From positions 930,001 through 994,000 of the forward strand of contig OZ234494.1 of assembly GCA_965153455.1 (NCBI GenBank): a stretch of 64,000 nt of DNA. The letters are read 5' to 3'. Position 1 is the first letter of the stretch. Every line of letters begins with the position of its first letter. Below, in pieces: positions 50,701 to 61,859 of this stretch. Source of the DNA: Sphagnum compactum (Eukaryota). The notes below the pieces were generated by a model. It was not told the DNA's origin. It saw only the letters and a list, made by a program, of their open reading frames with translations, and made no database searches. A program made the position numbers and the translations under genes.

Positions 50701-52515
50701 GCATTATGTTCATTTTTATATATGTTAAATCATACTATAAGACGAATAAATAATTTTGAAAACATGAATTTCATGATGTATTGGTGGGGAATCAAATATT
50801 TTTAAAATATTTTTATGTTTTATGGTTAATGAATTATCACAATATGATATGGGTATTGCATTTAAACAAAAGTGGATTAGGAAATATTGAACTTTAACAA
50901 CTATGAAACATATGGAAACAAAGGAGATTCATAATTATGTTATAAATCTAAATAAGTGATAAGATAAAAAACCAATACAACGAGCAAAGTCTAGAATATA
51001 AACCTTAAGCATTGATATATATGAATCAAATTCCTAAACATTAAATCATAAAGCATAACCCTAAAAATCCAAATGATATTTTGCCATAAGCCCTATTATA
51101 ACCCTAATTATACAAACCCTAAAAGAAAGAAGTCATAGTGATATATGCCCTAAACCCAAAAAAACATACAAATATATACAAATTATATAATGCAAAACCA
51201 AAAAAAAAACATAGGAAAAAATTTAGAAACCAAATTTTAAAGCTTTTAAACAACAAAGATTTATTGACCAAAAAAAAACCTTAATCTTAAGAAAAATATC
51301 AAATAAAATTTGTAAAAAACCAAAAGAAAATATATGTTTCTTACCTTTGTGTGATTTCTCCAAATTTTTTCCACACTCTTTGAAAAAGGTATAGAATGAA
51401 GTTGTATTACTTCACATATGTCTAAACCCTAAAATTTTCCCCCCAAATTTAACCTAGTTTAGGTTAATTATTATAGATTTGTGAAAAAATTGCTAACTAA
51501 TTTATGTGTCCCAACCTTAAACCTAAACCATAATCCAATAATACATATTTATAATAATTACATAAATAGATGTATTGTAATGTCCATTCCATAAATAAAT
51601 TAGGTAAACAAAATTTAGTAAAATGTACATTAACTAAACCAAAATGGTTGCAATTATGACATTGTTTGTAATATCTACATATGGGGACCTATGTTCATCA
51701 TCCATGAATAGGGCGAACTTTAATAAATTGATAGGTAGGAATTGGGGCTGGGGTGTGAGAAAAATGAGTAGGTAATTAGTTAGGTATTTGGTTATGTAAA
51801 AAACATAGGTAGGTAGGTGAACATAGTGGTAGGTAGGAAGGTGGGTGCATAGGTAGGTAATTGGGTTAATAGGCAAGTTAGTAAGCAGAAAGGAAGTTCA
51901 AGGAACAAGGTAGATAGGTTACTAAACTAGGTAGGCATGTAGGTAGGCAAGTTAGTAGGTAAGAAGAAAATTACACTAACAAGGTAGTTAGGTAAATAGG
52001 CAAGTTAGTACATAGGAAACAAGTTACCTTATCAAGGTGACCAGGTTTGTAGAATACTTATGTCAATAGGGTGGTTGTGTATATAAGGTTGTTAAATAAT
52101 AATGTAGTTAGGTCAGTACTGTAGGTAGTTAGTATAATGGTTAGGTTAGTAAGGAAGTTAAATCAGTAGGGTATGTAGTTAATGGGGTAGCTAGGTTAAT
52201 AGGGTAGGTAGTTAGTATAGTAGTTAGGTTAGTAGGATAACTAGTTATTAAAGTAGTTATGTCAGTAGGGGATAATTAGTAAGGTACCAAGGTTGGTACA
52301 ATACTTATGAGGGTAGGAAGGTGAGTAAGGTAGCTATGTGTGAAGTTAGGTTCAAGGAAAATACAACCAAGAACAAATCGAAAAAAAGAAAGTACAATGG
52401 TCAGCAGCGAAAAGAAATGGACTGTGATGAACCCCATCTGACACCCAATGAAAAAACGCAGCCCATCCAGTGGACAGAACGGCCAACTGGTGCATTGGTG
52501 GCTGCTAGTTCACTC

Positions 52516-52726
52516 TGGCCCTTTATAACTGGGTCCTCAACTAAAACGGCGGTATGTAACTGGTTCATAACTGGGTCCGGGACTTATACTGGTTCATAAC
52601 TGGGCCATGGACTAAAACTGTTTCATAACTGGACCCTGGACTTAGACGGCTAAAAATTTGATTTTCTAACTGGGTAATGGACTAAAAACTGCTAAAAAAA
52701 TTGATTTCATAACTGGGCCTGGGCTT
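52516..52726. repeat. ~27-30 bp minisatellite between elements A and B
   Basis: Repeated ttcataactggg(t/c)c..ggact(t/a)a units. Confidence 0.85.
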
Positions 52727-53179
52727 GAGTGAATTAGCAGCCACCAATGCACCAGTTGAGGATGAGCCCATTCAACCCGTTTTGGGGATGAACCAAAACC
52801 ACATCCGGACTGCCCAAATATATATTTTTTCTCCCGCTTCTACTCTGCCCCAAAACATTTCTCCCCTACCTACCTTCCTCCCCCCTCCTACCTCCTACCT
52901 ACCCCCTCCTACCTCCCCCCTCCTACCTACCTCCAACGTCTTACCTCCAATCGCCATCGCCAGAGCACCACAGCGAGAGCAGGAGCACCATCGCGGGAGC
53001 ACCACAGCGAGAACGGGAGCACCATCGCGGGAGCACCACAGGCAAAGCGGGAGCGACGAAGCCAGACCGGGAGCACCACAGCCAGAGCGGGAGCGCCGGA
53101 GCTGGAGCTTTTTTCCTGAAGTGGGAGCGCCAGAGCTTCAAGGTAAGCTTTTTTCCCTTCTTCTTTTTTATTTTGCATC

Positions 53180-55039
53180 GTGGAGCTCGGAGCTGCAGCT
53201 CCAAGCTCGTGGAGCTTGGAGCTCGGAGCTGCGCTGGAGCTCCAAGTTCGTGGAGCTCGGAGCTCGGAGCTACGTTGGAGCTCCAAGCTCGTGGAGCTCA
53301 GAGCTCGGAGCAGCGCAGCTCCGATCTCGTGGAGCTTGGAGATTGGAGCTACAGCTCCGAGCTCCACGAGCTGGGAGCTGTAGCTCCAAGCTCTGCAGCT
53401 CCAAGCTCGTGGAGCTTGGAGATCGGAGCTGCAGCTCCGAGCTCCACGAGCTGGGAGCTGCAGCTCCAAGCTCCAAGCTCCAAGCTCGTGGAGCTCGGAG
53501 CTGCGCTGGAGCTCCAAGCTCGTGGAGCTCGAAGCTGCCCGAACTTGTAACTCCTTTTTTTTTGCGTAGAATTTTTTTAAAAATCGTTTTGAGTTCTGGT
53601 CTCCTCTCTGGTCGCTTGCTTCTTTCACCCTCTGCTTTTCACTGCATATTTCCCTCTCTGTCTCTGTCTCTCTGTCTCTCTCGGTGCGGTTTTCTGTGTC
53701 TTTTCTCTTTCTCGGTGTCTGTATTTTCGGTAGTTTTGGTGACTATTGTGCGAGTTTTCTCCGATATCTCGTCTTCAGGTTTATGGTTCTCGGAGATCAG
53801 CAGCAGCGCGTGCGTGTAATTTGGTGTGAAGGCTTCCTTTTCCTAGAGTTGCCGATTGGTTTGTACATCTTCCTGCTCACTTACATGTGAGTAGATTTTC
53901 GTGGTTTTGCTGCAACGCTGTGTTTGAGGAGCTGCTGGTGTTGCTGCAGCTGTACAGTTTTTGAGAACATTGCTTATAGGCGCTCTGCACGCGGCCTCTC
54001 GTTCGTTACTGGATTGCTTATTATATATGGCGCCGTTGCTGTTGCTGTTGTTGTTGCGTACTTCCACTTGATCGTAAAGGAAAGGAAGACAGTTGTAGTT
54101 GAGCATTCGCCCTTACGGATTTCCTTCCCCCTCGCGGCAAACTTCGGTGCTCGTAAGAATCTCATGTAATAATATTATATTGCTGGTTTCTTTCCTCCTC
54201 TTCAACGCTTCTATCCTGCCAGAAGAAGATATCAGCGGTACCGAGCTTCAGCAATAAACATCTCCTAGGTGCCGAGCTTATCGACGGTACTGTGTCCTCA
54301 TGTATGTTCTGCACTCTTTGGTTTCAGTCAATCTCCATCTTTGTCCAACAATGTTTGCTTGAAGAGGAGCTCCAAGCTCGTGGAGCTTGGAGCTCGGAGC
54401 AGCGCAGCTCCGAGCTCCACGAGATTGGAGCAGCTCCGAGCTCCACGCTCCAAGCTCGTGGAGCTCGGAGCTCCACGCTGCAGCTCCAAGCTCGTGGAGC
54501 TCGGAGCTGCGCTGGAGCTCCAAGCTCCGCTGGAGCTCCAAGCTCCACGCTCCACGCTCCCAGCTCGTGGAGCTCGGAGCTGCAACTCCGAGCTCCAAGC
54601 TCCGAGCTGCAGCTCCGAGCTCCAAGCTCCGAGCTGCAGCTCCGAGCTCGAGCGCTGGTGTTTGGAGCTTTCGCGACGAAAATTTTCTATTATAAATTTA
54701 TTTTTGGAGACAAGAATTTGCGGGAATTTGACTGAGAGAGAAGTGGACCAATTTACGGCTCGTTTGTTGGGTTTAGGGTTTTCGGTTTCTTTTGGTTTTC
54801 TTGGCTGGCAGTTTTGGAAAGGCAATTCTCTCTGCTTTGTCTTTTATCAGCTTCGAGACACCAGCAGGTACTAGGGATGACAATTGGCTAGCGAGTTCTG
54901 TTTTTTCTTGTTTTCCACTTTTATCAGGCCCGGGATGTTCTTCTTCATTGCGGATTGATATCTGATGGAAAATTCGGACTTGTGTTAGGAGGTGTAGGGA
55001 GATCGATACATTATAGTAGGCGCCGGAAGGAGAACTTTG

Positions 55040-55075
<36 letters not shown>

Positions 55076-55820
55076 AGGAACAACGTTTGTGAAAAGCGAG
55101 AAATCTGTTCTCTTTTTTCATTTTTTTGCTGCTGTGTGCGGAGTTTTACGAGTGACGGTAGAACAGGCTTCGGTAGCAAGAATGAAGCTGTCGTCGTGTT
55201 GGCTTGGAAAAGCATCAACACTGATAGCATTTTGGTCTTCGTGATTTTTTTTCCATTCCAAGTGTCTGGTGATGGAATTTCGTGGAATTGCGTTTCTGTT
55301 GAATCTCAGAGAGGTGTTGGAGGGGGGGGAGAGGGGGAGAATTAGACTTTTGAAGAGGAGGCTCCCTGAAAACTAATTCTGTTTTGCAGGAAAGATTTTG
55401 GGCGCAGTTTTGGTAAGGACTTGGACACAAGCTTCGTTTGCCCTGAATCTGCCTGCAGTATCCAGGTAAGGAAAAAGCAATTGCTCATCGTTGTTCTTTG
55501 GATTTCTTTTGTCATGAAAGCTTTGTGGAATTAGCTTTTCCAAGAATTTTCGTGGAGCTGGGAGATCGGAGCTGCAGCTCCCAGCTCGTGGAGCTCGGAG
55601 CTCGGAGGAGCACAGCTCCAAGCTCGTGGAGCTGGGAGCCACGAGCTTAGAGCTGCGCTGGAGCTCCAAGCTCGTGGAGCTCAGAGCTCGGAGCTGCTGC
55701 GTTGCTCCCAGCTCGTGGAGCTCAAAGCTGCAGCGCTGCAGGTTTAGGGTTTAGGGTTTAAACCCTAAACCCTCAAAGCTCAAAGCTGCAACGTTTAAAG
55801 CTCCGAGCTCAAAGCTCAAT
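53180..55820. repeat. Three GAGCTC/AGCT-rich palindromic arrays (53180-53540, 54365-54665, 55550-55820) inside element B
   Basis: Dense ggagctcggagctgcagctccaagctcgtggagct units, which generate stop-free ORFs in several frames on both strands. Confidence 0.9.
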
Positions 55821-56262
55821 GCTCACTTTATTTTGCCCTCCATGGCGTATCCCAAACGTCCACACCAAGTCTTTGTTTGAGAAAAGGGACTTGGTGGGGT
55901 TTTGGACATGAATGGAATGGGACTTTGGAACCCTTCCCATGATTGAAGGAAGTAGGACAAATTCCTGCATCAAGAGAATTTATAATTCTCTAAACATTCA
56001 TCATTGAACAAAAACCCAAAATGCAATACATTCATGGCTCCTTTAAAATCAATGTTGTGACTTGGAATTCCCATTACAACACCCATATCATGATATAAAA
56101 AACCTATTATTCCAATGTACATAACGTACAACACTTGCATTATGAACCCATATACTAAAACAAACTTTGGCAATACCCACATTGAGCTATTAAACCTCCC
56201 ATCATTGAAAATTTTCTCATATGCAATACCCGTATTGTACCTTAAACCCATAATGTCTGAAA

Positions 56263-57510
56263 ACCCCATGTAGCAATACCTACATAATGATAATTAATGC
56301 ACACTGTTTGAAAGGTGCAAAATGCAATACCTGCCTTAAGCCATAAAACCCACACTGGTTGTGGGTAGTCAATGCATAATTCGCATATGGGTATGAAAAA
56401 AAGAACTACAAAGAAATATTGAATATGAAATATCCATGTAAAAGTATAAAACCTTTATCTATGCTTGTATACTTAATGAAACTTGATGCCCTTTCTATAT
56501 CCAACAAGTAGGAAATGAAAAGAGGTTGAATTGTGAAAAATATAAACAAAAAAACAAAAGAAGTAACAAGAGACAAATGCATACCTTTAAGAATAAAAGA
56601 TGACAATGTTCCACCAAAGTTTATAGTCCCAATTGAAAACGCAACCTTAAAAAATCATAACTCGTACAAAAATGGGTTAGAAAATATTAAACCCTAGCAA
56701 CTATGGAACATATGGAAACAAAGGAAATTCAAATTATGGTATAGATCTAAACAAGTGAAAAGATCAAAAACCAATACAATGAACAAAATTTAGAGTATAA
56801 ACATTAGGTTTTGAAATATATGAACCAAATTCTTATACACTAAATAATAAAGCATAACCCTAAAAATCCAAATGATATTTTGCAAAACGCCATGTAGCAA
56901 TACCCACATAATGATAATTAATGCACACTGTTTGAAAGGTGCAAAATGCAATACCTGCCTTAAGCCATAAAACCCACACTGGTTGTGGGTAGTCAATGCA
57001 TAATTCGCATATGGGTATGAAAAAAAGAACTACAAAGAAATATTGAATATGAAATATCCATGTAAAAGTATAAAACCTTTATCTATGCTTGTATATTTAA
57101 TGAAACTTGATGCCCTTTCTATATCCAACAAGTAGGAAATGAAAAGAGGTTGAATTGTGAAAAATATAAACAAAAAAACAAAAGAAGTAACAAGAGACAA
57201 ATGCATACCTTTAAGAATAAAAGATGACAATGTTCCACCAAAGTTTATAGTCCCAATTGAAAACGCAACCCTAAAAAATCATAACTCGTAAAAAAATGGG
57301 TTAGAAAATATTAAACCCTAGCAACTATGGAACATATGGAAACAAAGGAAATTCAAATTATGGTATATATCTAAACAAGTGAAAAGATCAAAAACCAATA
57401 CAATGAACAAAATTTAGAGTATAAACATTAGGTTTTGAAATATATGAACCAAATTCTTATACACTAAATAATAAAGCATAACCTTTAAAATTCAAATGAT
57501 ATTTTGCCAT
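56263..57510. repeat. Near-perfect 624-bp tandem duplication inside element B
   Basis: Constant offset of 624 (56267 vs 56891). ORFs 56406-56606 and 57030-57230 translate identically. Confidence 0.92.
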
Positions 57511-60483
57511 AAGCCTTATTACAACCCTATTTATACAAACCCTAACAAGAAAAAGTCTTACTAATATATGTCCTAAACCCAAAAAACTATACAAACTATA
57601 CAAATTATATAATGAAAAATACGTTAATCTACAAAAACAATCAAATAATTTTCATACAAAACCAAAAGAGAAGATATGTCTTTTACCTTTGTGTGATCTC
57701 TCCAACTTAATTTTTTCCACTCTTTTGGAAGAAGATATAGAATGCAATTGTATTACTTCACATATGTGTAAACCCTAAAATTTTCCCCCCAAATTTAGCC
57801 TACTTTAGATTAATTACTATACATTTGTGAAAAACTTATGAACTAATTTATGTGTCTCAACCCTAAACCTAATGGTTAAGTTAGTAGGGTATGTAATTAA
57901 TAGAGTAGCTAGGTTAGTAGGGTAGGTGGTTAGTACAATAACTAGGTCAATAGGATAACTAGTTATTAGGGTAACTATGTGAGTAAGGGATAATAAATAA
58001 GGTATGAAGGTTGGTGCAATACTTATGAGGGTAGGAAAGTGAGCAGGGTAGCTATTCAGAGTGACCCAAAATGCAGGTATTGCATTTAGGGTGGGATCTT
58101 CATATAAATAAGCCTAAATCCCACATGCGTACTTTCGACGTGACCCAAAATGCAGGTATTGCATTTAGGGTAAGATTTTTGTATAAAGAAAGCTTAAACC
58201 TTACATGCGTCCTTTAGGAGTGACCCAAATTGCAGGTATCGCATTTAGGGTTGGGTTATTTCAAAGTGACTTTGCATATGCATATTGTGTTTAGGGCTAG
58301 GTCTTCACTTAAGGGTATCCAAACCATTTAGATGGGGTTTTTTCAAACGTGGGTATTACATTTAGGTTTGTTTTTTCATTTCAACTTCAGACTTATACTT
58401 ACCTTTACCAACTAGAATTTTGGGGTTTCGTTGCAATACCTACACCCGTACTTACTTTTACCAACTGAATAGTTGCTGACATTCTTCATTCGTTGCAATA
58501 CCCGCATATCGATCCATGGTATTCGTTGGGTTTTTATAACATTCGTTGCAATACCCGCATATAGTTCCCATAATAGCTGCTGGTTTTTTTTGGCATCTCT
58601 TGCAATACTCGCATATAGGTCTCATAATAGTTGCTGGTTTATTTTTGATCTCAACAAGCTTTGTATCGCATTCAGGGTTGGGTTTTCACATAAAGTTTGT
58701 TAATTACATTTGTGTGATAACTCCAACCTCATTTTCTCAATCTCTTTGAAGAAAATATAGAACGAGATTGTATTGTGTCACATATATCTAAACCCAAAAA
58801 TTTCCCCCCAATTTAATATAAAATATTTCTGATAATTAATTTATTATCAAATAATTTAGATGAATAATTATCAAAAATCAGATTGATTAATTTGATATTT
58901 GATTAATTAACTGAAGTATATTTTTGTTTTAATAAGTTATTGAAATCACTATTTAAGATAATTATTCCATGTTATAGATTGTAAGTTCAGCTTTTTCATG
59001 AAAAATTCCTACACCAAGATAAGTTTGATCACAATTGTCATCGTATTATTTGATCCACAAACAATACAACCTCTTTTCAAATTCATGAAACGAAGTAAGA
59101 ATCATGGAACTCCTAATCAACAACGCTAACCTCTATACACACCTTTGTTAGCATATTAATTTGAAATTAATTAATTATTTTTGTGTGCCCCAAAATGTAG
59201 GTATTGCATTTAGGGTAGGATCTTCATATAAAGAAGCTTAAACCCTATATGCGTCCTTTCGGAGTGGCCCAAATTGCAGGTATTGCATTTAGGGTAGGAT
59301 CTTCGTATAAAGATGCTTAAACCCCACATGTGTATTTTTTGTGTGCCCCAAAATGCAGGTATTGCATTTAGGGTGGGATCTTCATATAAACCCTAACTAT
59401 ACAAACCCTAACAAAAAGAAGAATTAGTGATATATGCCCTAAACCCAAAAAACTATATAAACTATACAAATCATATAATGCAAAATAACCAAATTTAAAA
59501 GAACATAGGAAAAAATTTAGAAACCAAAATTCAAAGGTTTTTAATTATAAATATTTATTAACTGAAAGAAAATATGTTAATCTTTAGAAATAATCAAATA
59601 AATTTCGTACAAAACCAAAAAAGAAGATATGTCTTTTACCTTTGTGTGATTTTTCAACCTAATTTTTCCATTCTTTTTGAAGAAGGTATAAAATGCAATT
59701 GTATTACTTCACATGTGTGTAAACCCTAAAATTTTCCCCCCAAATTTAGCTTACTTTAAATTAATTATTATACATTTATGAAAAACTTATCAATTAATTT
59801 ATGTGTCTCAACCCTAAACCTAATGATTAAGTTAGTAGGGTATGTAATTAATCGAGTAGCTAGGTTAGTAGGGTAGGTGGTTAGTACAGTAGCTTGGTTA
59901 GTGATGTGACCCAAAATGCAAGTATTGCATTTAGGGTATGATCTTCATATAAAGATGCTAAAAGCCCACATGCGTACTTTCGAAATGGCCCAAAATGCAG
60001 GTATTGCATTTAGGGTAGGATCTTTGTATAAAGAAAGCTTGAACCCCACATGCGTACTTTCGAAATGGCCCAAAATGCAGGTATTGCATTTAGGGTAAGG
60101 TTTTTAGGGTAGGGTATGTAATTAATAGGGTAGCTAGGTTAGTAGGGTAGGTGGTAAGTACAGTAGCTAGGTTAGTAGGGTAGGTGATGAGTACAGTAGC
60201 CAGGTTAGTAGGGTAGGTGGTGAGTACAGTAGCCAGGTTAGTAGGGTAGGTGGTGAGTACAGTAGCTAGGTAGAAAAGTGAACAGGGTAGAAAAGTGAGC
60301 AGGGTAGCTATGTGTGAGGTCAGGTCCAGGGAAAAACGAGCAAGAAAAAAAAAGAAAAAGTACAGTGGTCAGCAGCAAAAAGAAATCGACTGTGATGAGC
60401 CCCATCCGGCGCCGAATGAAAAAACGCAACCCATCCAGTGGACAGAACGGCCAACTGGTGCATTGGTGGCTGTTAATTCACTC

Positions 60484-60590
60484 TGGCCCTGGGCCTGGAC
60501 TCTAAAACAGGTTCATAACTGGGCCTGGACTCTAAAACAGGTTCATATCTGGGCTTGGACTAAAACTGGTTCAGAACTGTGGCCTGGGTT
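60484..60590. repeat. 30-bp minisatellite flanking element B (right)
   Basis: gggcctggactctaaaacaggttcataact at 60491 and 60521, with a diverged copy at 60551. Confidence 0.85.
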
Positions 60591-60901
60591 TTGTGATTTA
60601 CTCCTAACCTAATTTTTCCTATTTGCAGAGACACAGAGAGAGACACAGAGAGAGAGAGAGAGAGAGAGAGATAGGTAGGGAGGTAGCCCTAGTACAGTTA
60701 CTGACACATTGGGTACTCAAATTCACTTACTTTCTTTGCACAGAGGGAGGGAGGGAGGGAAGAAGAGAGAGGAGATTTGCTGGTTGGATTTGGCTTCTCA
60801 ATCATGATGTACATTCCTTTATTGATTGATTATGGAAGGATATTGTGTGGATAGTATACTTGAGAGTGATCAGATTTGTAGTCAGGCATACACAGAACTG
60901 A

Positions 60902-60938
<37 letters not shown>

Positions 60939-61080
60939 AATCTGCAGCAACAGAATCAATGTCATTAATTCCTGAGGGACAGAGAGAGATATGATTTTGA
61001 GAAGGGGAAAGAGAGGGAGTTGAAGAGTCTGAGTTTTATTACTATTATTATTATTATTACCACCTAACTTTACTTATAAT

Positions 61081-61859
61081 GGTGCATTCACACTTGATGT
61101 TAAGTCATTGTTAAATGAAAATCTAGGTGGCATCATCCTAGGTGGCACCCAATGTTAAATGAAAATCTAGGTGGCATCATCCTAGGTGGCACCCAATGTT
61201 TAATGAAAATCTAGGTGGCATCATCCTAGGTGGCACCCAATGTTTAATGAAAATCTAGGTGGCATCATCCTAGGTGGCACCCAATGTTTAATGAAAATCT
61301 AGGTGGCATCATCCTAGGTGGCACCCAATGTTAAATGAAAATCTAGGTGGCATCATCCTAGGTGGCACCCAATGTTTAATGAAAATCTAGGTGGCACCCA
61401 ATGTTAAATGAAAATCTAGGTGGCATCATCCTAGGTGGCACCCAATGTTAAATGAAAATCTAGGTGGCATCATCCTAGGGGGCACCCAATGTTTAATGAA
61501 AATCTAGGTGGCATCATCCTAGGTGGCACCCATGTTAAATGAAAATCTAGGTGGCACCCAATGTTTAATGAAAATCTAGGTGGCATCATCCTAGGTGGCA
61601 TCATCCTAGGGGGCACCCAATGTTAAATGAAAATCTAGGTGGCATCATCCTAGGTGGCACCCAATGTTAAATGAAAATCTAGGTGGCATCATCCGAGGTG
61701 GCACCCAATGTTAAATGGGTGATAGCTTAATGTTAAGTGAATGTTAACTTAACATAATAAAATGTTCATGGTAAGTAGGTGTAAGTCCTAAATGACTAGC
61801 ATCCTGGTGTTAGGGGACTCAACACTACTAGAGTCCCTAACACTAAGTGTGAATGCACC
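61081..61859. mobile_element. MITE / non-autonomous DNA transposon, PIF-Harbinger-like
   Basis: Perfect 15-bp TIRs ggtgcattcacactt (61081-61095) and aagtgtgaatgcacc (61845-61859), extending imperfectly to ~24 bp. TAA and TTA trinucleotides lie one base outside each end, consistent with a TWA target. Confidence 0.75.
61107..61717. repeat. 44-bp tandem array (~14 units) inside the MITE
   Basis: Unit aatgttaaatgaaaatctaggtggcatcatcctaggtggcaccc. Variants of 29 and 59 bp arise by loss or gain of a 15-bp subrepeat. Confidence 0.95.

Larger units (their letters stand above)
45263..52515. mobile_element. Non-autonomous TIR element A (7253 bp)
   Basis: 31-bp TIRs: 45263-45293 gagtgaaccagcagcaaccagtgcaccagtt and 52485-52515 (reverse complement, 3 mismatches). 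Subterminal cctacct and agtagggtagg runs; internal gtattgcatttaggg repeats; no intact transposase ORF. Confidence 0.85.
52727..60483. mobile_element. Non-autonomous TIR element B (7757 bp), same family and orientation as A
   Basis: 31-bp TIRs at 52727-52757 (gagtgaattagcagccaccaatgcaccagtt) and 60453-60483, 1 mismatch. The right ~200 bp is homologous to that of A (ORFs 52321-52599 and 60295-60612 are paralogous by-products). AT-rich blocks are shared (50880-51540 vs 56680-57870 and 59390-59830). Confidence 0.88.

Noticed and set aside
52725-55669. Long ORFs (364, 233, 201 aa and others) in element B
   Set aside because: GAGCTC arrays lack stop codons in most frames; the translations are low-complexity and overlap on both strands.
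61107-61717. 44-bp array as a CRISPR array
   Set aside because: Units are contiguous with no unique spacers, there are no cas genes, the context is eukaryotic, and the array lies inside TIRs.
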